A DNA stretch of 64,000 nt from Chitinophagales bacterium (GCA_038204535.1 JBBRCW010000001.1:14619-78618), one strand, 5' to 3'. Counted from the stretch's first letter, positions 21,501 through 34,100 are shown. Notes: generated from the letters alone by a model not told the origin. Numbers and translations are program-made.

Positions 21501-24500
21501 CCTGACTATATGCTGCCCGCCGAAATTGTTTTCTTAGAAGAGATGCCTTTAACCATCAACGGAAAGATTGACAAAAAAGCCTTGCCCGATCCCGGGCAGT
21601 ATACCCATAAACAGCAAAGTTATACACCTGCCCGCAACAGCACAGAACAACGTCTCTGCCAGCTTTGGCAGCATATATTGGAAGTGGAGCCTATTGGTAT
21701 TCACGATGACTTTTTTGCCCTCGGAGGCCATTCGTTGCTGGCTGTCAGATTGATTTCACTTATAAGAAAGGAGTTCGATATTGAAATACCTATCAGTCAT
21801 ATTTTCGATTATCCTACCATAGCCCTGCTGTCAGAACAGTTGGTTAGCGCAAAAGCAGGTGTGGTTTTGCCTCCTGTTTCTGCGGTAGATCCGCGGCCCA
21901 AACATATTCCGCTCTCTTTTAGCCAGGAACGGCTTTGGTTTATTGATAAGTTAGAAGGCAGCCTTGCTTACCATGTTCCTGCTGTGTTGCGTTTAAAGGG
22001 AAAACTGCAGACAGATGCACTCGGTTTGTCGCTCAAAACCATTGTTAATCGTCACGAGGTTTTACGTACTTTTTTTATTGAGCAGGAAGGCCAGGTTTAC
22101 CAGCAGGTAAAAGAAAAAGATCAATGGCATTTGCAATTGGTGGATGGAACAGCATTTATTGGCGATGATACGAGCCTGCGCGGGTATGTGCAACAGTTAA
22201 TAACGTCGCCGTTCGATTTGTCTAAGGATGATATGTTACGGGCAACGCTCATCACAATCTCCGACGAGGAATTTGTATTAGTTATCACGGTGCATCATAT
22301 TGCCTCCGATGGATGGTCGCGTTCAATTATTGTTGATGAGCTGGCCAGCATATATAGCGACATTACAAACAACCAGCCGGTTCATTTATCACCCTTAACG
22401 GTGCAGTACGCGGATTATGCCATTTGGCAACGAAATTATATAAAGGACGACGTTCTGCAGAAACTGCTGCAATACTGGAAAGAAAACCTGGCTGGCACCG
22501 AAACACTACGGTTGCCTGTTAACCATCAGCCTGGTTCAGGCCAAAGTAAGTTAGGTGGCAGCGTTCCCTTTGAAATAGACAGCCAGTCGGTGGTCTCTTT
22601 GCACCGGTTAAGTCAGCAACAGGGCAGCACGTTGTTTATGACTTTGTTGGCTTGTTTTAAAGTGTTGTTATTCCGCTATACCGGTCAAACGGATATTTGT
22701 ATTGGAACACCCATAGCTGGACGGCAACATCAGGAACTGGAAAATCTGATCGGGTTTTTCCTCAATACATTGGTCATTCGCACTAACATTGATTCCAAAC
22801 AGTCTTTCATACAGTATTTGCAGCAGGTTCGTGCGGTAACACTGCAGGCATATGAGCACCAGCAAGTGCCCTTCGAGAAAATTGTGGAGGCGGTAGTTAC
22901 CCATCGCGATGTGGGAACAACACCTTTGTTTAATGTAATGTTTGTGCTACAGAATACACCCGATGTAAAAGTGCTGGTTCTGGGTGATGTTAAACTGACG
23001 GATGAAATGACAGACCTGCATGCCTTCCGGTACGAGCTGTCTATGTTTTTAACTGAAGCAAATGGCGTTATAACCGGATCCCTCGACTATGATGCCAGGT
23101 TGTATAGCAAGCAATGGGTTGAAACACTCGTGGGGCACTATATTCAATTAATTAAAGAAATAGCGGGCCAGCCGGATAAGTCAATTTCCGGCGTTCAGTT
23201 ATTGAGCCAGCAGCAAAAACAACATTTGCTTTTCTTATTAAATGAAACCGGTACCGCAGCACCGCAAGGCAAAACTATCATTCAGTTGTTTGAAGAAAGG
23301 GTTGCTGCCGGTCCGCACCAGGTTGCATTGATACACGGCAACCATTCGCACACTTTTCAAGAGATAAACCAGCGTGCCAATAGCCTGGCAAACCTGCTGA
23401 TTGAAAAGGGGGCAGGTGCCGGAACAATTGTGCCTGTTTATATTGAAAGGTCGGTGGAGATGGTGATCGGTTTACTGGCCGTTGCCAAAACAGGTGCCAT
23501 CTATGTACCGTTAGACCCCGACTATCCCGAAGAAAGGATACAGTATATTATCAATGACACCGAAGCACAGTTTGTGGTTACAAGCCAGGCATTGGCTCAT
23601 TACTTTGACAACGGGCAAAAAAGAACCATCATTGCCATACCTGAAGAATGGAAAAACGAAACTGATTGCAATAATTCATCGCCGGGCATCACGGCTGATT
23701 CTACTTTCTGTATGGTGTATACTTCCGGTTCAACGGGTAATCCAAAAGGAGTAAAACTCAGCAATGCAAATGTACTGAACCGCATCAACTGGATGAACGA
23801 TGCCTATCCTTTTACCCAGGGAGAAAGGGTTGCGCTTAAAACTTCCATAGGCTTTGTGGACCATATCAGCGAAATATTTTCGCCGTTGATATTTGGCATT
23901 ACCGGGGTAATTTTTAGTAAGAACGACTTGTTAGACATGGAACTTCTTTGCGAAAAATTATACAGCCACCAGGTGAGCCGCTGGGTGCTGGTTCCATCAT
24001 TATTAAGCGCCTTTATACAGCATATAAAAGACAACCCGATGTCGTTGCCGGCATTAAAGTATTTTACCAGCAGCGGCGAATTGCTCAGCGGCGAATTGGT
24101 GAAAGATTTTTACAAGGTTTTTCCAGCCGCCCATCATAAACTGCTGAATATTTATGGCTCCAGCGAAGTATCGGCAGACGTAACCTGTTACGATACAAGT
24201 GCAGATTTTATGGGTTATGGCAATGGTAATACAAATGCGGAGCTTTCAGAAAGCGGATATAAAGTGCCCATTGGTAAGCCCATTGCTAATTGCAGCATTT
24301 ACCTGGCAAATAAAGATATGAACCTTGTACCCCAGGGATGTTATGGCGAAATTTGTGTGGGCGGCGCACCGGTGGGCCAGGGATATTATAAGAATGAAGA
24401 ATTAAACCTCCAAAAATTTATAAACGATCCTTTTAATGGCAATGGAGGTAAGATATTTAGAACGGGCGATATTGGCCGCTGGCTGCCCGATGGCAATATT

Positions 24501-25118
24501 GAATATGCCGGCAGAATAGATGACCAGGTAAAAATTAGAGGCAATAGGGTAGAACCGGGCGAAGTGGAGAACGCCTTGATCGAAAGCGGATTGATTATAC
24601 AAGCGGCGGTAGTGGCTGGTAAAGACCAAAAGGGCAATAATTATTTGGTAGCCTATTTAGTTGCAAATGATTATAATAAACAGGCCCTGATAAGTGTTTT
24701 GCAAAAGAAAATACCGGCTTATATGATACCGGCCTTTTGGGTTCAGGTGGAATCTTTGCCTCTAACCCCCAGTGGTAAGATCGATAAAAAACAATTGCTT
24801 TCGTTACCTCTGCCGCAGCAATCGCAAAACGAATATATAGCCCCCCGTACTGCTACTGAAAAAGTATTGGCCGAAATTTGGCAGCACCTTTTGCATATTG
24901 AAAAGGTAGGTGCGGAGGATAATTATTTTGAATTGGGCGGGCATTCATTAATGATCGTAAAATTGGTCTCGGCTATCCGCAAACAATTTTCTATTACGGT
25001 TCCCCTGGCGGTCTTATTTCAGTTGAATACCGTTGCGGCATTAGCCGGTTATATTGATTGGGAGCTAAATTCTATTGGCCACGAGGAAACGGCAGCAATG
25101 GAAGTTGTAAAATTATAA
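18516..25118 (+). CDS. NRPS subunit 2 (2200 aa, TTG start): N-terminal docking domain-[C-A6(Asp)-T]-[C-A7(beta-amino-acid type)-T]
   Basis: TubC_N-like N-terminus (AIDILYLARQAGVEILLNGNDL...IRANKEAIINVL). C motifs HHIAADGWS and HHIASDGWS. A6 code DLTKIGHIGK (Asp type). A7 has FVDHISE and YGSSEVSAD (code VDSVTSIADK). Two GGHS carriers. Confidence 0.96.
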   Translation: MKKAIDILYLARQAGVEILLNGNDLNVRIPKNKTIDKDIIAGIRANKEAIINVLRNNVLGSGAEEDKIQPYDKAAIPFVPLSFSQERLWFIHQMEGSLQYHLTKQLILKGKVDADALNHALKNVLERHAILRTVLRENSGKPYQHVLDSADWKMDVIDLFAENNPEFVKKAVAARSNLPFDLSNDYLMRASLFRLNETEHLLTLTMHHIAADGWSFPIVVREIIELYQRYLTGNLEPLGALPIQFADYSIWERRQLTKEVLDKKLEYWKEKLKSITPLQIHTDFVRSLVRNAKGASVSGSIDNDLLKQLVKLANQHGCTLYMLMLSVFKVLLYRLSNQQDICVGASIANRSRDEIKDLVGFFVNTLSFRSEVNGTMPFTELLQQVKKTTLEAFQHQDVPFEKVVEAVLKERDTSRTPVFQVMLVLNNTPATPNINLGGLQIVAAEEEVPLSKFDFTFFLAETANGLNINAVYSTDLFRHDTVVSMLDRYVTLLRSVVNEPGSRVGLLRMMTPAEEKTIVQRLKAPAFTMPLNKSVVNLFEEQVVRSPDRLAVVFEDEECSFAEMNARANKLAGFLNQRVMHPQSLIPVFLDRSVDMVISILAILKAGHAYVPIEVDLPEGRIDFLLKDLDAHFIVSNTMNAAKLSGRKDIEIIRSDDNAIDALSADNLQLEVTAGHLAYVIYTSGSTGKPKGVMIEHGSIVDYVWGLNAAIRIDECKSYALVSSFATDLGNTVVFSSLLLGGTLHILSKESVASSHYLSGYFSKHQIDCLKIVPSHWKALSQDGELLLPKKRLIFGGEALSGRIIEDIRAADPSCNIINHYGPTETTIGKLLHRVDLNQNYTDTIAIGKPFGNTRVLVLSSQMQVCPAGVPGQLYIAGSGVARGYLNNEELTRQKFIQYISGEQSIRMYATGDLVKMLPDGNILFLGRVDDQVKIRGYRVELGEIESVLRKMPGIHLCAVTAPADTLGVRNLIAYIQPEKSLTQQQVLEYLQALLPDYMLPAEIVFLEEMPLTINGKIDKKALPDPGQYTHKQQSYTPARNSTEQRLCQLWQHILEVEPIGIHDDFFALGGHSLLAVRLISLIRKEFDIEIPISHIFDYPTIALLSEQLVSAKAGVVLPPVSAVDPRPKHIPLSFSQERLWFIDKLEGSLAYHVPAVLRLKGKLQTDALGLSLKTIVNRHEVLRTFFIEQEGQVYQQVKEKDQWHLQLVDGTAFIGDDTSLRGYVQQLITSPFDLSKDDMLRATLITISDEEFVLVITVHHIASDGWSRSIIVDELASIYSDITNNQPVHLSPLTVQYADYAIWQRNYIKDDVLQKLLQYWKENLAGTETLRLPVNHQPGSGQSKLGGSVPFEIDSQSVVSLHRLSQQQGSTLFMTLLACFKVLLFRYTGQTDICIGTPIAGRQHQELENLIGFFLNTLVIRTNIDSKQSFIQYLQQVRAVTLQAYEHQQVPFEKIVEAVVTHRDVGTTPLFNVMFVLQNTPDVKVLVLGDVKLTDEMTDLHAFRYELSMFLTEANGVITGSLDYDARLYSKQWVETLVGHYIQLIKEIAGQPDKSISGVQLLSQQQKQHLLFLLNETGTAAPQGKTIIQLFEERVAAGPHQVALIHGNHSHTFQEINQRANSLANLLIEKGAGAGTIVPVYIERSVEMVIGLLAVAKTGAIYVPLDPDYPEERIQYIINDTEAQFVVTSQALAHYFDNGQKRTIIAIPEEWKNETDCNNSSPGITADSTFCMVYTSGSTGNPKGVKLSNANVLNRINWMNDAYPFTQGERVALKTSIGFVDHISEIFSPLIFGITGVIFSKNDLLDMELLCEKLYSHQVSRWVLVPSLLSAFIQHIKDNPMSLPALKYFTSSGELLSGELVKDFYKVFPAAHHKLLNIYGSSEVSADVTCYDTSADFMGYGNGNTNAELSESGYKVPIGKPIANCSIYLANKDMNLVPQGCYGEICVGGAPVGQGYYKNEELNLQKFINDPFNGNGGKIFRTGDIGRWLPDGNIEYAGRIDDQVKIRGNRVEPGEVENALIESGLIIQAAVVAGKDQKGNNYLVAYLVANDYNKQALISVLQKKIPAYMIPAFWVQVESLPLTPSGKIDKKQLLSLPLPQQSQNEYIAPRTATEKVLAEIWQHLLHIEKVGAEDNYFELGGHSLMIVKLVSAIRKQFSITVPLAVLFQLNTVAALAGYIDWELNSIGHEETAAMEVVKL

Positions 25119-25125
25119 AGTTAAA

Positions 25126-28100
25126 ATGGTTAGCAAGGTTATTGACATATTGCAAAACGCAAGAAGCAAAGGAGTGATTGTCACTTTTGAGGATGGCGAG
25201 CTATTGGTAAAATTTGCCAAAGACCATGCTGTTTCTCCAGGCTTAATGGCCGAATTAAAAGAGAATAAACATGCCATCATTGATTTTTTGAGTAATGATA
25301 AATGGAAATCAACAAAAAACGATGCCCTTCAATTTCATATAAAACCGGCTGATAAAACTTTACTTACATGTTTACCATTATCGTTCAGCCAGGAGCGGTT
25401 GTTATTTATTGATGCGTTGGAAGGAACACTTCAATATCATTTGCCTGCTGTATTTAAAATATCGGGCAATTTAAATACAGGTTATCTTGAAAAGGCCTTT
25501 CGGCAAGTCGTAAATCGCCACGAAGTATTGCGTACCGTAATAGGTAAAACCAAAGAAACCTGGTGCCAGTTAATCAGCCCGCAAGACGAGTGGTTTTTAA
25601 ACAAGACCGATCTTGAAATAGATAGCCGGCAGGATGAAGCAATTGAAGAGGAGATTAAGAAGTTAATAGCAAAGCCTTTCGATCTGTATAAAGACCCTAT
25701 GCTTAGGGCAAACCTTGTTTACCTGGGCGCAGACGAATACCTGCTGGTAGTTGTGGTGCATCATATTGCTGCCGATGGCTGGTCGCTGGGTATTATAATG
25801 AGCGAAGTGGCTGAGATCTTTAACGCCTTGTACCTGCAAAAAGAAGCTCAGCTACTGCCATTGCCCATACAATTTGCCGACTTTGCCATTTGGCAGCGCA
25901 ACTACTTACAGGGCGATGTTTTAGAAAAAAAACTTAAATATTGGACTGATAAATTAAACGACGTCGCTCCCTTGCAACTGCCTGCCGATTTTGCACGACC
26001 GGCCATTCAAAGCACACGTGGAAATGCGGAAACTTTTGAAATTGATTCACCGCTGGTGACATCGCTGCAAAAACTTAGTATCCAGCAGAATAATACCCTT
26101 TTTGTAACCTTGCTTGCAGCCTTTAAATTGTTACTATTCCGGTATAGCAACCAGGCAGACATTTGCGTGGGGTCTCCCATTGCGGGCCGCCAACAAGACG
26201 AGCTGGAAAATTTGGTGGGGTTCTTTGCCAATACCGTTGCATTACGCTCTATTGTTGATCCTGAACTGTCGTTTGTTGATTGGATGCAGCTTGTAAAAAC
26301 AACTACACTGCAAGCTTTTGAACATCAGGAGGTGCCCTTTGAAAAAATAGTTGAAAAGGTAAACATCAAAAGAGACCTTAGCCGAAGCCCGGTTTTCCAG
26401 GTATTGTTTGCGTTGCAAAACATTGGCGGTGTTGCTGCAACGGGTTTAACAGGTGCGGTACTGACCGGCCTGTCTTTGCCGCATTCCACCTCGCGTTTCG
26501 AACTGAGTTTTAATTTAACGGAAACAGCCAATGGTTTACGTGTTACGGTAGAGTATTGTACCGATCTGTTTAAACGGCAGACAATTGTAAGAATGAGTAC
26601 GCATTTTCTGCAATTGCTTCATGAGGTGGTCAACAACCCCGCCCAAAAAATTGCGCATATTAACCTGTTGCCTGATGCTGAAAGGCAACAACTATTGCGT
26701 GATTTTAACAGCACCGAAAAAGCATTGCCAGGCATTCAAACCATATGCGGCATGTTTGAACAGCAGGTAGCTGCCACGCCCAATGCAATCGCCTGCGTAT
26801 TCGAAGACAGTCAAATTAACTATGCAGAATTGAATGGCCGCGCCAATCAACTGGCGCATTATTTACAATTTCGTGGTGTAGGGTCAGAAACCCTGGTGCC
26901 CATTTGTATTGAGCGGGGCATTTCTTTAATGGTGGGGCTTTTGGCCATATTAAAAACCGGTGCGGCATTTGTTCCGGTTGATCCCGAATTTCCGGCTGAA
27001 CGAATACAGTTTATGGTTGAGGATTCAGCTGCAAAATTGATAGTTACCAGCGCACAAAGCAGGGGCAGATTGCCGCAAACGAATACGGCAGCAATCATAG
27101 ATCTGGAAGCCCTTCAGGATACCTTAAACCAACAACCTGCAGAAAATCTTTCAACCGTGGTTTCACCCGGCAGCCTCGCTTATATTATTCACACTTCAGG
27201 TTCTACCGGTAAACCAAAAGGTGTAATGGTTGAGCATAGAAGTGTGGTGAACCTGCTGATGGCAATGGCAGAAAGAATAGATTTTAATGCTTGTTCTTCT
27301 TTTTTATCAGTCACTACCTACAGCTTCGATATTTGCTATCTCGAAGTTTTTATGCCTTTGGTATTCGGTGCCAAATTATTCATAGTACCCAGGCATGTTT
27401 CGGCCGATGGTTTTTTGCTACAAAATAGCCTTTCTAAATTTTCGCCTACCCACATGCAAGCCACACCTTCAACCTGGCAAATGTTAGTGAGCAGCGATTG
27501 GCAGAATAGTGGAGAAATGAAAATGTTAATCGGCGGGGAGGCGGTAAAGGAAGAGATAAAAGAAAGCCTGACCCGGCTGGGAAACGTCTGGAATGTTTAT
27601 GGCCCAACCGAGACAACCATTTGGTCGGCAACACAAAAACTAGAACAGGGCGAAAAGATTGTAATTGGTTCGCCAATCGACAATACACAAATTTATATTT
27701 TAGACCGCAATAATAACCTGGCAGGTATTGGACTGCCCGGCGAAATATGCATAGCCGGCATTGGCCTTGCCAGGGGATATTTAAACAGGCCCGATCTTAC
27801 CGCCGAAAGATTTGTAATAAATCCGTTGGCTGATGCCGGGGGAGCCATCATGTACAGAACCGGCGACCTGGGCAAATGGCTGCCCAACGGAACCATTGAA
27901 TACATAGAGCGTATAGACGACCAGGTAAAAATAAGGGGTTACCGGATAGAATTGGGTGAGATAGAAAATGTGCTGCAGCAAAGCGGGTTGGTTAAACAGG
28001 TGGTGGTAGCGGCCAAACAAGACTTTGCCGGCAACAATATGCTGGTGGGCTATTTTATCGCCGCCGGCAAAGTAGACAAAGATGAGTTGATTAGCTATCT

Positions 28101-31100
28101 AAAAGAAAAATTGCCGGAGTATATGGTCCCCGGCCTGTGGTACGAACTGGAAAGTTTTCCTTTAACACCCAATGGTAAAATTAACCGCAAGGCCCTGCCC
28201 GATGTTGATCTAAAGGGAATTTCGCAACAGGTATATTCAGCGCCGGCAAACGAACTTGAAATACAGCTTGCCAATATCTGGCAATCGTTTTTAGGGTTGG
28301 ATGCAATAGGTGTTCACGATAACTTTTTTGAGCTGGGCGGCCATTCTTTACTTGCTATGCAGGTGATAGCTTCCATTCGAAAAAATTTGGGGATAGAAAT
28401 TTCATTAAGGGAAATATTTATTCATTCAACCATTTTCGATCTGGCGAAAACCACAAAGCAAAAGAAAGATCAAACGGCGGTTGTCAAAATTACACTGGCG
28501 GAGCGCCCTCAACACATACCGCTTTCATTTAGCCAGGAGCGGTTGTGGTTTATTGATCGTTTAGAAGGAACGCTGCCATATCATCTGCCTGCTGTTTTGC
28601 GTCTTACAGGAAATTTAAATGCAGATGCTTTGGAGCAGGCATTTAAAACGGTGATTGCCAGGCACGAGATATTAAGAACCATTTACCTCGACGATCAGGG
28701 CCAGCCTTACCAGTTAGTAAAAGATACATCCGGATTTTTATTGGCTTATAATAAAGATTTGCGTAGCACCTTGCCACAAGACTGGTTATCGTTAATCGCT
28801 AACATTGTATCAAGGCCTTTCGATCTTACAAAAGATGATATGCTGCGGGGCGAATTAATACAGCTAAACGATCAGGAGCATTTACTGGTGGTTGTTTTGC
28901 ACCATATAGCGGCAGACGGCTGGTCAATACAATTGTTTGTTAGCGAGGTGGCATCCTTATACAAACAATACAGTACGGCACAGCCGGCAAACCTGCCTGC
29001 ATTGCCTTTTCAATATGCCGATTATGCCGTTTGGCAGCGTTCCTATTTGCAGGGTCACATCCTTGAAAACAAACTGGCATATTGGAAAAATAAATTAACC
29101 GGAACAGAACCATTGCAGCTTCCCATCGATCATGTACGACCGGTTGTTCAAACGTCGCTGGGCGGTGTAGAGAGCTATTCTTTGCCCGATGACCTGGTAA
29201 ACGGGGTTTGGAATATTAACCGCAAAAACGGGGTTACCACGTTTATATCTATACTATCGGTAATAAAAATATTATTACACAGGTATTGCAGCCAAAGCGA
29301 TATATGCATTGGAACGCCGGTGGCCAACCGCAACCTGCCGGGCCTCGAAGATTTGATCGGTTTTTTTGTAAATACACTTGCTCTGCGTACGCAGGTCGAT
29401 GCCGGCGATTCTTATGACCAGCTACTTCAGAAAGTTAAAACCACCGTATTAGAAGCTTTCGATTACCAGGAGGTTCCTTTTGAAAAAGTGGTTGAAGCCG
29501 TAGTTAAAAAAAGAGATCTCAGCCGCAGCCCCTTGTTCCAGGTGTTGTTTGTAATGCGTACCAGCAAAGGTGGGCAGGCTTTTGATACAGGCGAATTGCA
29601 GATAAGTAACGAACCTTTTGAGCAGTCTACGGCAATGTTCGATCTTATTTTTTACCTGACAGAAACCGGCACCGGCATGCACCTGGCCATAGAATACAGA
29701 AAAGATATTTTTAAGCCGGATACCATACAGCGCATGGTAATTCATTTTAATGAATTACTGACAGGTATTATAATGGATACGGGTCAAATGCTTGGCAATC
29801 TATCCATGCTTACCGGCGTGGAGAAAAGACAGCTATTAATTAATTTCAACGATACCGGTGCGGCTTATCCGGCAAACAAGCGAATAGAACATTTTTTTGA
29901 AGAACAGGTATTGCTTCAGCCAAACGCCACCGCGGTTGTTTTTAACGATGAAGAACTTACCTATAAACAACTGAATCAAAAGGCCAACCAATTGGCGCAT
30001 TATCTGCAGGGTAAAGGTGTTAAAGCCAATACCCTGGTGCCTTTATTTCTGGAGCGTGGTTTTAATATGGTGGTTGCCGTAATGGCAATATTAAAGGCAG
30101 GAGGTGCCTATGTTCCGGTCGATCCCGAATATCCCGCGGAAAGAATTGCATTTATGCTGCAAGAAGTGGAGTCGCCTTTTATCTTATCCACCCGGCAAAG
30201 CAAATCCTTGCTGCAGCCTATGACCAATGCGCAAATTATTGATCTTGACGAAGAAGAGGTTTTTGAAAAACAGCCCATATCCAATCCGATAAAAGAATAT
30301 GTGCCTAATGATATTGGATACATTTTGTACACCTCTGGTTCAACGGGCAGGCCTAAAGGAGCGTTTATGCCGGTTGGTGCACTGGTAAATTTGTTGCATT
30401 GGCAGCAACAGCAGTTTGCTCCCGGACATCGCAATGTGTTGCAATTTGCAACACTAAATTTTGATCCCAGCTTTCTTGAAATTTTTGGCACCCTGGGTTA
30501 TGGTGGTACTTTATTTTTAATTGATGGTGAACGCCGGAAAGATGTGGCCGAACTGGTAGCAGATTTTAAGCGATTCCGCATTACGCATTTTTATACGCCC
30601 TATGTGGTGTTAAAGGCCATTGCGGAGTATATGGGCGATAGAGGTGCTGAATTAACAGATATGAAAGAATATCTGGTTGCCGGTGAGCAGCTTAAAATGA
30701 ATGAAGAACTCATAAATTTTCTTCAAAAAAGCAACGCGGTTCTTACCAATCAATATGGCCCTACAGAGGGGCACGTCGTCAGTAGTTTTACATTCAGGCA
30801 ATATAGCAATGTGCCGTTGCTGCCACCCATAGGCAAACCCATTTATAATACGCAGTTATATATTTTAAATGATTGTTTGCAGCCGGTGCCTGTGGGTGTT
30901 ACCGGCGATTTATTTATTGGGGGAGTGCCGTCGCTGGCCGGATATATAAAACAGCCGAAATTAATGACTGAAAAATTCATTAACGATCCATTTAGTGATA
31001 TTGAAAATGCCCGGCTATATAAAACCGGCGATGTAGCAAAATGGTTGCCCGATGGCAACATCGATTTTTTAGGTAGAAAAGACGATCAGGTTAAAATAAG

Positions 31101-34100
31101 GGGTTTTCGTATTGAACTGGGCGAAATTGAAAGTGTATTGCTGCAATGCGACGAGGTAAACCAGGCAGCGGTTTTGGCAAAAGAAGACCGCAATGGAAAT
31201 AAGCGATTGATCTGCTATGTGGTTTCAAATACAAAATTCGAACAGGATACGCTGGTCAGGTATCTTAAGCAAAAATTGCCCGACTATATGGTGCCTTCTC
31301 TATGGGTACCTATGCAAACGCTGCCCGTAAACAAAAGCGGTAAGATTGACAAACGCTCGTTGCCCGAACCTGATTTAAATAACCTGTTCGATAATCAATA
31401 TACTGCACCGCGAAACCCTGCAGAGAATGCCCTGGCAGAAATCTGGAAAAATTTATTGAAGGTTGAAAGGGTAGGCGTTTATGATAATTTCTTTGAATTG
31501 GGGGGGCATTCTTTATTGGCCACCCGTTTGGTATCAGCAATACGAATTAAGCTGCAGGCAGAACTATCGATACGCGACTTGTTTATGCATCCCGTTATCG
31601 CTGAGCTGGCTGAGCTTATTAAGACGCAAAATACCGAAACCCTGCTGCCACCTTTGCAGCCTATGGAAAGGCCTTTGCACCTGCCATTATCTTTTAGCCA
31701 GGAGCGCCTTTGGTTCATAGACCAGTTAAACGGAAGTGTTGCCTATCACCTGCCTTCCGTTATCAGTCTGACTGGTAATTTACAGTTGCAGGCATTGCAA
31801 TTTGCCTTAAAAACGTTGATTGATCGCCACCAGGTTTTGCGTACCGTTTTTCCAGGTATAGACGGTAAACCCAGCCAGGTGGTAATGGATTCCGATGACT
31901 GGCAAATGTCTGTTATTGATATGCCCGCTACCGATAAAGAGAATGCAAACCTGCATGTTTTAACGGCCAGGCTTATTCAGCAGCCTTTTGATCTTTCAAA
32001 AGATTTCATGCTTCGGGCAACTGTTATAAAAAAGTCGGAAACAGACCATCTGCTTGTCATCAATATTCATCATATTGCTACCGATGGCTGGTCGGTACCA
32101 ATTATTGTAAAAGAAATTTCAGAACTATACCTGGCCTTTATTGAGCGCCGCGAACCGTTGCTGCCTTTATTGCCCGTGCAATATGCTGACTTTGCCATTT
32201 GGCAGCGAAATATTTTACAGGGGGCTTTCTTGGAAACAAAGCTGCAATATTGGAAGCAGAAATTGCAGGGTGCAGAAACCTTACAATTGCACGAAGACTA
32301 TACAAGGCCGGCCTTACAAAGCTATACGGGGGCAAGCATTGAGGGTGCTGTTTCAAAAGAAATTACCGACGGGTTGCAGCAGCTTAGTCTGCAGCACGAC
32401 AGTACGCTATTTATGACTTTGCTGGCTGCGTTTAAAATATTGCTTCACAAATACAGCGGACAAAAGGATATTTGTGTGGGCACACCTATCGCTAACCGTA
32501 CCACCCAGGAAACAGAAAGCCTGGTGGGCAATTTCATTAACCTGCTGGCTATTCGTTCGCATGTGGAGCCAGATGAGGCTTTTACCGCTTTTTTAAAGCA
32601 GGAAAAAGACGAAACCCTACAGGCATACGAACACCAGGAAGTTCCGTTTGAAAAAGTGATTGAAGCGGTAATGCCTGAGAGGGATGTTAGCCGCAGCCCG
32701 CTCTTTCAGGTAATGCTGGTATTGCAGAATTTTGAAGAAGCGCCCGCCCTTTCATTAGGCGATATGCAGCTTTCGGTACAAAGGTATAGCCATGAAAGCA
32801 CCAAATATGATATCACCCTTTTTGCGGTTGAAGGTAAAGACGGACTTCGGTTAACCATAGAGTATTGCTCTGCCTTGTATAAAGAAAGTTCTATCAGCCG
32901 CCTCTTTGAAAACTACATGCGTTTGCTGGGTAATATTGCGGCAAGGCCCGATCAAAAAATTAAAGACATCTGCCTGTTAAATGCACAAGAAAAACAAGGC
33001 CTGCTTTATTTTGGCAGTGGTGCAAAAGTGATTTTGCCGCAAAGTAAAACGGTCGTGACTTTGTTTGAAGAACAGGCTGCAAAATCGGAAGATGCGGTTG
33101 CCCTGATATTTAACGATCAATCCATTTCTTATCGTCTATTGAATGAACAGGCAAATTTATTAGCGCGCCAATTAATAAAGGCTGGTGCAGGTGCAGAAAC
33201 ATTGGTTCCCATTTGCACAAGCGAGGGCCCCGAAATGATTATTGGCATCCTGGGTATTTTAAAAGCCGGTGCGGCATATGTACCCATTGATCCCGCATTG
33301 CCTGCTGAAAGAATTTTATTCATTTTAAAAGATACCGGTGCAGAAATATTGGTCGTTAATTCAGCGGCGTTAAAAAGTATTCCTCCGTCATTGGCCCTTC
33401 ATATCATAAACATTGATACAATGAGGTCAGCAGGTGCCGCAGAAGAAATTAGTAACCTCAACGCAAACATTTCGCTGCAGCAGCTTGCGTATGTTATCTA
33501 TACTTCGGGTTCAACCGGCACACCTAAAGGAGTCTTGTTACAGCATGGTAACTTATTAAATTATTTATTGAACAGTAAAACCCGTTACATCCTAAACAAC
33601 CCGGATGGCGCAGGTTCTTTTGTGCATCTTTCTTACACATTCGATGCTTCGTTAACGGCTATATTTATGCCCCTGGTAGAAGGCAGGCCAATAGTTATTG
33701 CTTCAAAACAATATGCGGATGTATTTGAAGATCCGAATTTTCATATCAATGCACCCTATGATTTTATTAAAGTAACTCCAGCCCATTTGCCATTGCTTTT
33801 TAACCGTTTTAGAACTGAGACAGGTAAAATCGTAACTAATAAAATTGTGGTGGGAGGAGAAGCTTTACAGTTGAGCCAGTTGCAGGTTCTTCAAGACGAA
33901 ACATTAGCCGTAGAGGTGATCAACGAATATGGTCCGACTGAAGCAACGGTTGGGTGCAGCACTTTCAATTTTTTGCGTTCACACATCGATGAAAAGGAAA
34001 AGAGTATTTCTATTGGCAAGCCGATCGATAATGTCGAAATATTTATTCTGGATGATGAACTGCAGCCAATGCCCATTGGTATTGCGGGGGAGATATGCAT

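Noticed and set aside
27175-27225. A8 core motif YIIHTSGSTG (Tyr to His)
   Set aside because: A single substitution outside the P-loop residues. The Gly code and other motifs are canonical.
20110-28200. Calcium-dependent antibiotic motif Asp-X-Asp-Gly
   Set aside because: The predicted order is Asp-(beta-amino acid)-Gly, which lacks the second Asp. The two Asp modules are 7 positions apart.
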